The notes under the pieces are model-generated. The model saw nothing but the letters and a program-made list of their open reading frames with translations. It made no database searches and was not told the origin of the DNA. From contig CM106585.1 of NCBI GenBank assembly GCA_048013815.1, positions 15,810,001-15,874,000 of the forward strand: a DNA stretch of 64,000 bases, in the 5' to 3' direction. Positions 49,055 through 62,705 of the stretch are shown in pieces. The first letter of the stretch is position 1, and every line of letters starts with the position of its first letter. A program made the translations under genes and the position numbers. This DNA is from Setoptus koraiensis. Lineage: Eukaryota > Animalia > Arthropoda.

Positions 49055-51246
49055 ATGCATTACATTCGGACAACACTTTTGTCTGTCGTTGTCATCAGCT
49101 ATATATCAATAGGTCTGGTTGGCAGTAATCCCGATCCAGATACCGTCCCTGATGATGGCAGCAACGAGTTTCAAATTAGCGATGCTCCTACCGTTGCTAG
49201 TGGAAACTCCGACCAAGAATTGAGTTTATTATTCCTAATCCATCGTCACGGTGATCGTAAGTACAATTAATATGACTAATCTAGCTTGCCAGCTCCACTA
49301 AGATGTCACGATAACAGTATACGGGTAACTGTCTAACTACCTTTGTCGATGCAACTGTTGTGCAACAGTTGCAAATGGCGCGCAACCTTGTATCACGATA
49401 CACGATCGGTAGTTCATGACGTGATAGCTTATCATGATGACTTGTCACTGATGTGATACTCACACATTGTTTTCCCATCTCCCATTACAATCGATACTAT
49501 CAGGTGCCCCCGTAAATTACGCGCCAAAAGATCCCTACAAGCCCATTGCAGAGGAAATCTGGCCAACCGGGTGAGTGAGTTTTTTAAATTGGGCGATTCT
49601 CATGCAACTCAGTTTAGCGAGCACTCTCGCTCCACTCATTAGAATGAACAAAAGATCCAGACTCTGGACTCAAATTGATTGATGGACTCCAGACACCTAC
49701 TGGCCCTCGTTAACTGGCGTTGATAAAGTATCTCTCATTGAAATTGTCCTTGCCATCATATGATGTCAATGTATTTAATAACATATACAATGTTTGATTA
49801 AAATTCACGGTGAATCTATTAGGCTAGGCATGTTGACGAATAGCGGAAAGGATCGCATGTTTAAATTGGGAGAATATCTCAGACGACGTTACGCGGATTT
49901 TCTGGGGACTTCTAATCCTCGTCAGGTTTACGTAAAAAGTTCTGGCATCGATCGTTGCATCTGTAAGTATAATCCTTTTTGTAGTGACAGAGGCGCTATT
50001 TCTAACCAATTACGGATGGCGCCACTGTCGAGAGCGAAACTCTTACTTGTCGAAGTTTCAATTGGTCAGCGAAAATATCTCAAAAATACCCTCAGACGTA
50101 ATTGCGATTGAGCCAACATAACTGGATTGTCAACATTAACACCATTTCTTGAATATATTCTCAAAAAATGTAGCTAGTGCTCAGCTTGTTTTGGCTGGTC
50201 TGTACCCGCCTGTGGAAGGGTTAGTTTGGAACGAGGAGCTACCATGGCAGCCGATTGCTGTGCACACCGATGATCCTGTAAGTTTCGCATCTTTGGACGT
50301 CCCCAATGAAGCAATATGAGACAGATTCTTAATGAGAGGCAAAGTACTAATCACAATGATCTACTTAATTTACTTAATCACCATGCCAATCTCATAGATG
50401 CTCAACCCGGGGGCTTACTGTCCCACACGGATGCACGATTACGTGCGGGAGTTCACATCGGAAGACACCAAGAAGAAATTGTTTGAGGTGTCGGAAGATG
50501 GACAAGCTCTGACAGAGAGACTCAAATCAGAGTATGGATTCAATTTCGAAAATGTGTATGAGTATGCCGATCTCAGCAGCACACTCCATATTGAGAAAGA
50601 TTACAACCTTGCTCTACCCGATTGGGTCTTGGACAATTTGGACACTTTAGATAAGCTTTCTTACCACAGTGAATTGACGTTCACCAAGACAGATCGTATG
50701 AAGCGACTTATGGCAGGTTTGATGCTGAACAATATAGTTGAAAGAATGAACGAGTATCGAGCACAACGGGACGATATCGTCACTACAGAAAAGGATGCCA
50801 AGAATAAGCAATGGGAATACAATTATAAATTGTTCCATTACAGCGCACATGATACAAACATTCATTCATTTTTGAACACTATTGGAGTGTATCAAGGCCA
50901 AGTACCCGAGCAGCCTTACTTTGGTGCGACCATTCTCATTGAATTGTACCGATCGAAACATCGTCCAGACTATTCAGTTAAATTGTTGTATCTTGGCGAA
51001 ACCAGAGAAGAAGACAAGAGTCTGAGAGAGCTTACACTGACCGATTGCCTCAAAGAGGGCGACACTACATGTAGTTTGGATGGATTTGCCAATTTCACGA
51101 AACCCCATCGAGTGAATGAAAATGATTGGTCTCTAGAATGTAATGCGACATCCACTGCGAGTGACAATGTGCCATCAAAGCGAAAGAAATCGCTGAAAAC
51201 CTTTTTGAAGGGATTTGTTTGCGGAGCGGGCACTGAAAAGTGCTAA
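49055..51246 (+). CDS. Histidine acid phosphatase copy A3, 453 aa; exons 49055-49256, 49504-49570, 49823-49962, 50174-50277, 50398-51246
   Basis: Same structure; RHGDRAP, DRC and AHDT motifs; canonical splice sites. Confidence 0.93.
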
Positions 51247-52910
51247 GTGGTCCCACTAGATCATTTTCCGAAGAAAATTTGAGCTCAAAATGCCGGATTC
51301 CCCCAAAATTGAGTTTGAATATCACTGGCACACGCACTTGTTATGGCCTGCCGAAGCCACTCTCTTTGCCGCGCTGCCTTCTCTCATCTAAACCTCTCCC
51401 CCAAAGTTTACCTTCTTTCCAATAAATAAACACAGTCTTGGACTGGCATTAAAACGTAAAACATCTCTTTCGCGCTTGACTTCCGTATCGGCTGCGAGTT
51501 TGATTGCATCTTAGGCCCTCTGAGCGTGCCGGAAATATAACCTCTAGATATCGGCCAGACAGATAAATGTAAAGCCAGCCGTCACTATTGATGCGGTAGT
51601 GTCGATAAACCCGTCCTCTCGAGACCAGCTAAACAAGCGACATGATTTCATGGACAATCAACACCGCAACAATCTAATGAATATCCAACAACTCTACGAT
51701 ATACTACGACTGAATATTGTCAACCTTACCACGGATGGCATGGAGTGAAAAGAAGCCCCTGAACAGGTGAAAGTGGCACATGTTGTTGCAATTGTGCCGG
51801 AGATTAACACTAATAACAGATTATAACTAATAACAAAATACCCCATTGTGTACCATGTTGCCGGTACTTATAGTGAGATGTACAATGCCTTGTTATTGCA
51901 TTGTGTGATGGAAGTATTGTTGTTAATTATCAACTACGAGCACAATACTTTCGCTTGTTGCTAATTGATTGAATTGAACACAACGATGGGTTTTATCGGA
52001 ATGTCACTTGTCGTGTTGCATTTTATTTTTATTTTATAGTGGCACTAAAATTGGTGGGTAATGCTCGCCGTCATCACAAGCGGCAAATTTACCATTTGCT
52101 CGCTCTATCCATCTAGACTGAACAATAGCGACTATAAGTGAGCTACACAAACATATCCCATCGTCAGTCTATGCCAGACAGATCGTTTGCCTGTATGGCC
52201 GTTGATACTATTGATACCACTAATAGACAAGATTGATATTGAAGTATTGGGACAAGAGCCGTTTTCGAGGGGCATGTTTTCTCGGCATGAGAACCAATAT
52301 TCATAAAAATAATAAGAGTCGATTGTAATCGGTCACTAGCTATCAAGAGCAAGCATCGCTTTTAATCACTATCACTGATGATAATTAACTGCAATCATCA
52401 CATGCTGCAGTACAAAATCAACAAATGTCAATGAGCAATTCTGATAGATTAACTGAGCCAGCCTAATTGACATATGACAGTGACAAAAAATAGGATCTCA
52501 TAGTTGAAACAGGCCAGATCCCAGCAGACACAACAACAAACAAACAAAAATAGCTGCTGCCAAAAGGCTAGAAGATCAGTTATCTACGTGTGGAACAATC
52601 AGCATCTCAAAGTACAAGATTTGCATTATTGTAATGTCGTGCTGGCTGTGACGGAAACAACCCCACACCAACAATACATACATACATGAAATAGATGCAG
52701 TGATACATAGAGTAACTCTTCAGCTTTGAGATTATTGTTTCAAGGAATAAGCCGGATCAAAAATCTAGGCTTACTGGCCACCACAACCAAGACAGATCGC
52801 AGAAATAGGGACCATATATATATATTCCCTTAGAATATTCTTTATATTCCAGACGGCGGATTCAGTGTAATTGTGATTGACAAACTTGTCCACTGTCTCA
52901 AACGTCAACC

Positions 52911-55047
52911 ATGCATTACATTCGGGCAACACTTTTGTCTGCCGTTGTCATCGGTTATATATCAATAGGTCTGGTTGGCAGTAATCCCACTCCAATTACA
53001 ACGTCGGATGATGGCAACAACAAGTTTCAAACTAGTGATGTTCCAACCATTGCAAGTGGCGACTCCGACCACGAATTAAGTTTATTATTCCTAATCCATC
53101 GTCACGGTGATCGTAAGTACAATTGATATGACCAATCTAGCCACAATAATAGTATGCAGGGTAACTGTCCAGTCACCTTTGCCGGTGCAACTGTTACGCA
53201 ATTGTTGCGAATGCTACACAATCGCGTAACGAGATACAACGTTTACAGTTCATGTGTGACCTAATCATTAGGTCCTAATGCACATACCGTCACAATCATC
53301 TGTAAATGATATAATACTAATGCATTGTTTATGCTTCCTAACCACCAATTGCAATCGATAATATCAGGTGCTCCGTTAAGTTACCCGCCAAAAGATCCCT
53401 ACGAGCCGATTGCAGAGCAAATCTGGCCAACCGGGTGAGTGAGTTTTTTTTTTCTCAGATTGGGTCAGTTTCTTCATACAACTCGATTTGGCGAGCACGT
53501 TGAATAGCCAAAAGATGCCTTGCTATCAATTTGAGTGTAGCCTCGAATGCCTCATCATCGGATTGATGTAGTCGCGATAGCTGTCCAGCTAATTGCTGCC
53601 CGGCTTCTAATTGAATTTATTAGATAAAGAATATAATAATGATTTATTAAAATTCATGGTGAATCTATTAGGCTGAGCATGCTGACGAATGGCGGAAAGG
53701 ATCGCATGTTCAGATTGGGAAAATATCTCAGGCGGCGTTACGCGAACTACCTGGGAACTCCTAATCCTCGTCAAGTTTACGTGAGAAGTTCATACCCCGA
53801 TCGTTGCATCGGTAAGTGTCACACGTTTATGCTAAATTTTATAGTGAACGCTAACCAACTAGAGGTGGCGCCAGTGTTGAGAGCAAAAAATTTGTTTACA
53901 TCTTGTACTTTACGATTGGTCAGCAAAAATATCTCAAAAAATACGGTCAGATGTAAATGCAATTGCGCCGACATAGCCACTTTGTAACATTAACACGATT
54001 CCTTGAATATTTCAAAAAAATGTAGCTAGCGCTCAGCTTGTTTTGGCTGGTTTGTACCCACCTGTGGGACAGTTGGTTTGGAACGAGGAATTACCATGGC
54101 AGCCGATAGCCGTACACTCGCGTCCATTTTTCGATGATCCTGTGAGTTTTACATCACTTGATGGCCCAATGAATCACTATGACACAGATTGTTAGAGATA
54201 GGCAATATACTAATCACTTTTATCTGCTTAATTTATGACCATGCCAACTCAAAAGATGCTCAACCCGGACTCCTACTGTCCCACACGCCAGGATGAATAC
54301 AACCGGGAGTTCTATTCGGAGGACACTAGAAAGAAGGTGTACGAAGTGGCGGATGATGTACCAGCTTTGACAGAGCGACTCAGATCAGAGTATGGACTCG
54401 CTTTTGATAACGTGTATGACTATTACGATCTCAGCAGCACACTCGAAATTGAGAGAGACAGCAACCTGCCGCTACCCAAATGGGTCTTGGACAATTTGGA
54501 TAAGTTGAACAAAATTGCTTACGTCAGTGAATTAACGTGGACCAAAACTGATCGAATGAAGCGACTCTATGCAGGTGTGGTAATAAACGATATAGTTGAA
54601 AGAATGAACGAGTACCGAAGAAAACGGGATGGTGTCGTCGACACGGAGAAGGATGCGAGTTATACTGTGAAGAATAAGGATAAGAAGAAGAATTATAAAC
54701 TGTTCCATTACGCCACACATGATACCAACATTCATTCCATACTAAACACTCTGGGAGTGTTTCAAAGCCAAGTAGCCGAATTACCTACATTTGGTGCGAC
54801 TATTCTCATTGAATTGTACCGATCTAAACATCGTCCCGACTATTCCGTTAAATTGTTGTACCTCGGCGAAACCAGAGACGAGGACAAGAGTCTGAGGGAA
54901 CTCACACTGACCGATTGTATCAAAGAGGGCAATACTACATGCAGTTTGGATGGCTTTGCCAATTACACAAAACCGTATCGACTGAATGAAAAGGATTGGT
55001 TCCTAGAATGTAATAGGACATCCGTTGCGTACGACCCTGCACAATGA
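52911..55047 (+). CDS. Histidine acid phosphatase copy A4, 438 aa, lacking the basic C-terminal tail; exons 52911-53112, 53368-53434, 53672-53811, 54026-54141, 54256-55047
   Basis: RHGDRAP, DRC and THDT motifs; the last acceptor is AAG; the protein ends ECNRTSVAYDPAQ. Confidence 0.9.
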
Positions 55048-55494
55048 TTGTGATACAAAAGTCAACAATGACAAAATGTGCCTAGTGGCGCAAGTCGCTC
55101 TACTGCCGCGGTAGAGTCGATACATATATTTATATAATGGTCACAATTGTCACAAGGCATTCATTTGTTACGTGAATTTGTAACCTGACAACCTGTGAGA
55201 TGGAGCGCAAAAACAAAAACAATAAAAACAACAACAACAACAACAGGCAACACGTTTTGTTGTCTTGGCTAATGAATTGTCGTCGAGTGAGTTGGGTTGT
55301 TAGTATGTAATCTATAAATAAAATAAAAAAGAGAGCACAATCGACAATAGCTCGTCGTCTGTCTCACTGTCTGTCCCACCCTCTATCTCCAGTTTTGTAG
55401 TACAGCAAGCCATAAAACATTAGCGATAAAACATAATATTGCCTTGAGTTGGTCCCCGAAAAAAAAATCCATATTGGCCAGTTAAAGACTTTAT

Positions 55495-57319
55495 ATGCGT
55501 CAATACTTCTATCCCACAATGATACACAATTTTGTATTACCACTAGTCATTTTGATACACTATTACATGGTTTCAAGCGGGCCTAATGGAGGTCTCATTA
55601 TTGCCATGAGAGAGCCGAAGCGTATACCCTCGATGGACTCCATTCCGAAAGTTGTAGAAGAGGATGAATTAAGCCTAGTATTTGCCATTCAGCGTCATGG
55701 TGATCGTAAGTGCTGTCGGGCAATCTTATATAACGTTGTTATCTGCGATAATGATGACACACATGACAATGCATATGCAAATGCCCCACATTACTCCTGC
55801 CATCGGCTATTATCTCTAATGTAGTTTTATGTATCCTATGTATGTACCATATGAATTGCGTCTGTATCAACATCAGGTGCGCCCAACGATTTTCCGCCAA
55901 ATGATCCAAATAGGGAACTAGTGAGCCGTTTGTGGCCTTTGGGGTACTGTTCTGACTCTCACTAATTAGGATTTGTTTCGCAAACAATTCGTCTCAGACG
56001 ATTATCATTAGCACTGAAAGCGTTCAATATTAATGAGTCATTAATTATTGGCAATCCATTTGTTTGTATCATCCTATCTGTATCTATCTAACGTGCAGCA
56101 TGGGCGCATTAACTAACGCGGGCAAGCAACGAATGTTCAAATTAGGCGAATATCTTCGTGAACATTACGAGCATTTTCTCACAACAGATCCCAACGAAGT
56201 CTACAGTATGAGCTCTGATGTTGACCGTTGCATCGGTATGTATCGGGTTGTATCGGTGTGCGGCTTGACACATGTCAAGGCAAATAACGAGGCAACTTGT
56301 AATTATCCCGACTGAAACTAACGCTACTCGCTTGCTTGTCGCCATCGTCTGACAGAGAGCGCCCAATTAGTTTTAGCCGGTCTATACAAGCCTGTGGGTA
56401 ATTGGGTCTGGAACGAAAATGTGGCTTGGCAGCCCAAAGCCGTGCACAGCCGGCCCCAAAGCGACGATCCTGTAAGTTGATGCTTGTCGGATTGGATTGA
56501 TGGTGGCAATCCGACCAACAATTAGCCCCCAACTGCCTAATGGCGATAATTATAACAACTATAGTTACATGCTGACTTAATGAATGGCATCCACAGATGC
56601 TCAATATATTCTCTAACTGTCCAGCCAGGTCGAGGGAAAGGAATATAAGTATAAGGTCTGAGGATATTTTCTCTCACGAAGACGACGGCTTGGGGGAAAA
56701 ACTGAAGCACAAGTACGGCTACACCACCTTTCGCGCCCTTGATTACCTGAAGGCCTATGTGACACTATCGATGGAACACGAATTGAAATTACCCCTAAAA
56801 CCCTATGTTGTTAATAATCTCGACCAATTGGGCCGATTGGCGTACAAGGTGCAGGCTTTATTCTCGAACAGTTTGTCGTTGAAGCGTCTGAGCTCGGGCG
56901 TTCTCATAGACGACATAGTTGGAAAGATGTTACAACGAAGAGACAACACCGACGGCAAGGGCAAATTGATTAAACTGTATCACTACAGCACTCACGATTT
57001 AAATTTGAGCGCACTTTTGGCCACTCTGGGAGTGACAGAGGAACAAGTGAATGGCAAGATGCCCAAATTTGGGGCCACCCTATTGATAGAGCTTCACCGA
57101 AGCGCGTATGCGAGCCACGCCAGTGGCTACACTGTCAGAGTGTTATATTTAAATGACACCGACGACGAAGATCCCAAAGAAATTCAATTGACTGGTTGCT
57201 TTAACCAGAAACTGCATTGGCTTCGTTCAAGTAACGAGTGCACACTAGATAATTTTGACATTTTCACGAGGCCTTACCGATTGACGATCGCCCAGTGGCA
57301 CAACGAATGCGCCATATAA
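55495..57319 (+). CDS. Divergent histidine acid phosphatase, subtype B, copy B1, 417 aa; exons 55495-55705, 55877-55943, 56099-56235, 56356-56471, 56597-57319
   Basis: IQRHGDRAP, DVDRC, WQPKAVHSRP and YSTHDLN motifs. Intron positions and phases are the same as in the A copies, but the N-terminus is different and exon 5 is diverged. Confidence 0.9.
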
Positions 57320-59126
57320 GCCACTCACTTTGTATTATTGTATAATGTTGCATATTACGTGCCCCCACGCTGACGGCCACCGTCAATAAAATAATAATAT
57401 TAATCGTCTGCCTTGTTGTTTCATCCCATTCGTTACTGTGTCGTCGGCTCGAGCTATTCAACTTTGATTCATAACACTGGGTATTGTGTGCGAGCGAGTG
57501 TTTGCAAATTGCAATCGCCCATATTGCACAAGTTTCTATTTCTCTGCCTGTGCTGGTATTGTGCAAATATTGTTTGGGGTCCCCGTTCTATGATGGCTGG
57601 TCGAAATTGAACAATTGAGGGGTGAGCTTCGGCGTGTGTCGACTTGTTAGCCGGCGTGAGTGAGAAGCATTTGCAACCAGCTTGTGAATTGTCGCAGCCT
57701 CTCGTGGCAACTTACACGACACAGGCTGCGACAATTGATCTGGGGCTAGCCGGCGGCTCCATATCCGGGGGCACTTCTCGCTAACTTGTGACGAATGTGT
57801 CATCGTTGTTGACATTTCAATCAGTTGAGCCGCTTGCAGAGTGCATAAAGAGCAGCCAGTTGCGAACTGCGTTAGCCGGCCGGGGGCCTCGAACAGCAAC
57901 ACGAACTGATGTGATGCCGCTGCCGCTGCCGAAGCAAATCAATTGAATTATGGCAAATATCAATATGTGCGAATTGGCTTATACCAAGTGCCGAGATATT
58001 ACTCATGCATCCTGGCTTGACAAGCTTCGCCCTTTGTTTGCTAGCCATTTGAAGCGATTGCCTGATTGGCCTCTTTCCTGTCGCCAATCGGCTGGCATTG
58101 GCGCAGCCAGCCAAGCAGCCCGACTCCATAGGACAAATGAGACAATGTTAGAGCCGGCCAAGTGTGACAACGGCAACCACCGAGACACCAACGAGCAGTG
58201 ACGCCACACAGGATATCGATGGCGAATCATCGAACGGCGATGATCAACGCCTCAGTTGTGGCCCCAATCGATTGCACGCTTGTTACGGGCCCAAATCTGT
58301 TGGGATTCCCAACTTGGGAACATGCGCCAGTCAGGCTCACAGGCGCTTACAAGCGATGTGGTTAATATTGAGCTATGTAACAGCCCTATGGCCCGGTGGT
58401 TTAAAAGCAACTAGTTGTGGCCTGGCGACAAACAATTCAATCAATGCACTCAATTTGCACTTTGAAAGTTGTCGATATCATGCACCGCTCTACAGGCGCC
58501 ATAGAGTGGAAAGAAGCTTCGGGACGGATGAAAGTGGCATGTTGTTGTTATTGTTTGTTGGAGATTAACAGTAATAACAGATTATCTTTTGATAATCAAT
58601 TATTGTTGTTAATTAACAATAACGAGCTTGCAAGCAGCAACAATACTTTCGTTCGTTGCTAATTGATTGAATTGAACGCAATGATGGGTTCTATCGGAAC
58701 AGCACTTGTCACGTCTTATTTTATAGTGGCACTAAAACTAGTGGGTGATGCTCGCCGTCATCGCAAGCGACGAGCTTACCATTTGCTTGCTCTATCCATC
58801 TAGACTGAACAATAGCGACTATAAGTGAGCTACACAAACATCCATCGTCAAAATCCCATCGTTGATATTAGAGTATGGGGTACAAGAGCCGTATTCATGG
58901 GACACGCTTTCACCGCAGGGAAAACAGTGATCATAATATGTATAGAGTGATACATATAGTGACTACTCAGATTATTGTTTCGAGAATAATCCGGATCAAA
59001 TTTGCGACCACAACGTATAAACAGATCGTATAAATAGAGACCATTCACATGTATTGCCAGAGAATATTGCTTATATTCCAGTCAGGGGCTTGTGTATAAT
59101 TGTTAACAAAAAACTTCAAGACGACC

Positions 59127-61307
59127 ATGCATTACATTGGGGCAACACTTTTGTCTGCTAACGTCGTCAGCTATGCATCAATAGTTATAGCAATAGGTCT
59201 GGTTGGCGGTAGTCCCTTCCTAAGTAGATGTGATGGCAACAACGAGTCGCAAACTAGCAATAATTCAACCGATGCAATTGGCGACTCCGACACCGAATTG
59301 AGCCTATTGTTCCTAATCCATCGTCATGGTGATCGTAAGTACAATCGATGTGACCAATCTAGCTTGCCAGCGCCCTAGTAATAGTATACAGATAACTGTC
59401 GAAGCCGCTGCAACTGTTATGCAACTGTTGCAAATGTTGCGCCAGTGCGTCACCATACGCCATTGCCAGTTCGCACCTATATTACAGTATATACTATATA
59501 CATTGCAGTAACGTAGTCACCCATCACCGACATGATACTTATACATTGTTCATGTTTGCCAATCTTATGTTGCCATCGTGATAATATCAGGTTCGCCGGT
59601 GAGTTTCGCGCCAAAAGACCCCCACGCGGACGATGCAGACGAAATCTGGCCAAAGGGGTGAGTGAGTTCTTTTCTTCATTAGCATCTATGATGCTTGAAA
59701 ATGTTCATTATTATTTTCATGCAACTCGATTTGGCGAGCACTCTCGCCTCGCTAGTCTAGACGGCTGACAGATGCTTCGCCATCTATTCGAATCGAGCCC
59801 CAAATGCCTTGCCAGCCATCATGGGATTGATGTAGTTGTGTTGGCTGCCCCAATTGTTTGCCGGCCACTCTTTCCCTGGGTTTGACTCGTGTTCCTTAGC
59901 TGACCTTAATCAAATATCTCTCATTCAATTCTATTGACCTCGTCATATAATTGTAATTTATGGCGTGAATCTATTAGACTGGGCATGTTGACAAATAGCG
60001 GAAAGGATCGCATGTTTAGATTGGGAGAATATCTCAGGCGACATTACGCGGATTTTCTGGGAACTCCTGATCCTCGTCAAGTGTACACGGTAGGCTCAGG
60101 CGTCGACCGTTGCATTGGTAAGTGTCACACGTCTTTGCTAAATTTTATAGTGAACCCCAACCAATTAGAGATGGCGCCACTGTCGAGAGCGAGAAACTTG
60201 TTTACATCTTGTAATCGTGATTGGTCAGCAAAAATTTATCTCAAATCAAAAATACGGTCACACGTGTAATTTCAATTGCTTCAATATAACGACATTATCA
60301 ACATTGACACCATTTCTTTGAATATTATCAAAAAAAAAAAAATGTAGAAAGCGCTCAACTTGTTCTGGCAGGTCTCTACCCACCTGTGGAAGATTTCGTT
60401 TGGAACAACAAGCTACAATGGCAGCCTATCGCCGTATTCATCAATGATACCGTTAGTTTTATTTTACCCAATCAATCAATACATCGATGCGAGTTTTAAA
60501 AGATAGAAAAGATACTAATCGCTTTGATCAATCTCAATTATTACCATGCCAATCCCATAGATGCTCAACCCATCCGCGGACTGTCCCACACGAGTGGACG
60601 ACTTCATGCGGGAGCTGACATCGGAGGACGCCAAAGAGAAAGTGTTACAAGTGACGGATAATGCACGAAATTTGACAGAGAAAATCAAATCAGAGTATGG
60701 GCTCCCGTTTGACAACACGTATGAGTATGCCTATCTCACTAGCACACTACACATTGAGAGAGAATACAACCTTTCGCTGCCCGAGTGGGTCTTGGATAAT
60801 TTCGACAGTTTGGATAAGCTCTCGTATTACGGTGAATTGGGCTTCACAGCAACCGATCGATTGAAGCGACTCTTTGCAGGCCTAACAATTAACGATATAG
60901 TTGCAAAAATGAACGAGTATAGAACACAACGGGATGGCGATGCCGACGACGACGAGCAATGGGAATTCGATTATAAATTGTTCCATTACAGCGCGCATGA
61001 TTTAAACGTTCAAGCCATATTAAGCACTCTCGGAGTGTATCTAGACCAAGTACCCGAGCTACCTAAGTTTGGTGCCAGCATTCTCATTGAGTTGCACCGA
61101 TCGAAACAGCGTCCAGACTATTCCGTTAAATTGTTTTATCTTGGCAGAACCAGAGAGGAGGACGATAGTCTGAGAGAGCTCACACTAACCAATTGCCTCA
61201 ACGATGGTGATGATACATGCACTTTGGACGGGTTTGCTAATTACACAAAAACCTATCGACTGAATGAAAACGATTGGTATGAACTATGTAACACGACATC
61301 GACATAG
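59127..61307 (+). CDS. Histidine acid phosphatase copy A5, 421 aa, no basic tail; exons 59127-59334, 59591-59657, 59978-60117, 60348-60451, 60561-61307
   Basis: RHGDRSP, DRC and AHDLN motifs; signal-peptide-like N-terminus; frame intact across GT-AG junctions. Confidence 0.9.
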
Positions 61308-61631
61308 TGATACAAAACACAACAATGGTCACCGATTGGTAACGTGAATACCTGAGATGGAGCGCAATATAATTGATGGAAACAATATATTTTGTTGTCT
61401 CGGCTAATAAATTGTCGAGTGAGTTGGCATGTTTTGTCTATTGTGGTTTGGTAAATAATCTATAAATAATATTGAAAAGCGACAACAACCAACAACAGCC
61501 CGTCGTCTGTCTCATTATCTATCTCTAGTTCTGTTGTACTGCAAGCAATAAAACATTAGCCATTTTATTACCTTAAGTTAGTAGCTGAAAACAAATTAAA
61601 AATCGCCAAATTAGAGACTTGGCTAGGTTGT

Positions 61632-62705
61632 ATGCGTCAATACTTCGTTCACAATATTACACAATGTTGTATTAACTAGTCATTTTTACACAGTATTACA
61701 TAGTTTCAAACGCGCCTAATGGAGCTCTCATTATTGCCACACACGTACTCTTGATAGACTCCATTCCGAAAATTGTAGAAAAAAATTAATTAAGCATATT
61801 GGTCCAACTAGGGAACTAGTGAGCCGTTTGTGGCCTTTGGGGTACTGTTCTGACTCTAACTAATTAGGATTTGTTTCACAAAAAATTTGTCGCAGACGAT
61901 TATCATTAGCACTGAAAGCGTTCAATATTAATGAGTCATTAATTATTGGCAATCCATTTGTTTGTATCATCCTATCTGTATCTATCTAACGTGCAGCATG
62001 GGCGCATTAACTAACGCGGGCAAGCAACGAATGTTCAAATTAGGCGAATATCTACGCGAACATTATGAGCGTTTTCTCACGGCAAATCTCAACGAAGCTT
62101 ACAGTATGAGCTCTGATGTTGACCGTTGCATCGGTATGTATCGGGTTGTATCGGGTTGTATCGGTGTGTGGCTTGACACATGCCAAGGCAAATAGCGAGG
62201 CAACTTGTAATTATCTAGACTGGAAATAACGCAACTCACTTGTTTGTCGCCATCGTCTGACAGAGAGCGCCCAATTCGGTCAGTTGCTGCTTGTCGGCCT
62301 GGATTGATAGTGGCAATGCGACCAACAATTAGCCCCCAACTGCCTACTGGCGATAATTATAACAACTATAGTTGCATGCTGACTTAATGAATGGCATCCA
62401 CAGATGCTCAATATATTCTCTCACTGTCCAGCCAGGTCGAAGGAAAGAAATATAAGTATAAGGTCTGAGGATATTTTCTCTCAAAAAGATGAAGGCTTGG
62501 GAGAAAAATTAAATCCAGAGTGCGGCTACACAATATTCAGGACCCTTGATTGCCTGAAGGCGTATGTGATGCTCTCAATGGTCCATTGACAATGGAAAAT
62601 GATTCGAAATTGAAAACTAATGAGTGCACACTAGATAATTTTGACATTTTCACGAGGCCTTACCGATTGACGATCGCCCAGTGGCACAACGAATGCGCCA
62701 TATAA
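61632..62705 (+). pseudogene. Pseudogene of subtype-B acid phosphatase (B2)
   Basis: Paralog of B1. Exon 1 is frameshifted (TAG after 15 codons). A deletion near 61800 removes RHGDR, intron 1 and the start of exon 2. Most of exon 4 is deleted near 62278. A large deletion in exon 5 (near 62585-62618) removes the HD motif. Exon 3 and the final codons are still nearly identical to B1. Confidence 0.9.

Noticed and set aside
52305-52690. About 390-bp insertion in the A4 upstream region relative to the other A copies
   Set aside because: No TIR, TSD or ORF homology seen; it cannot be classified.
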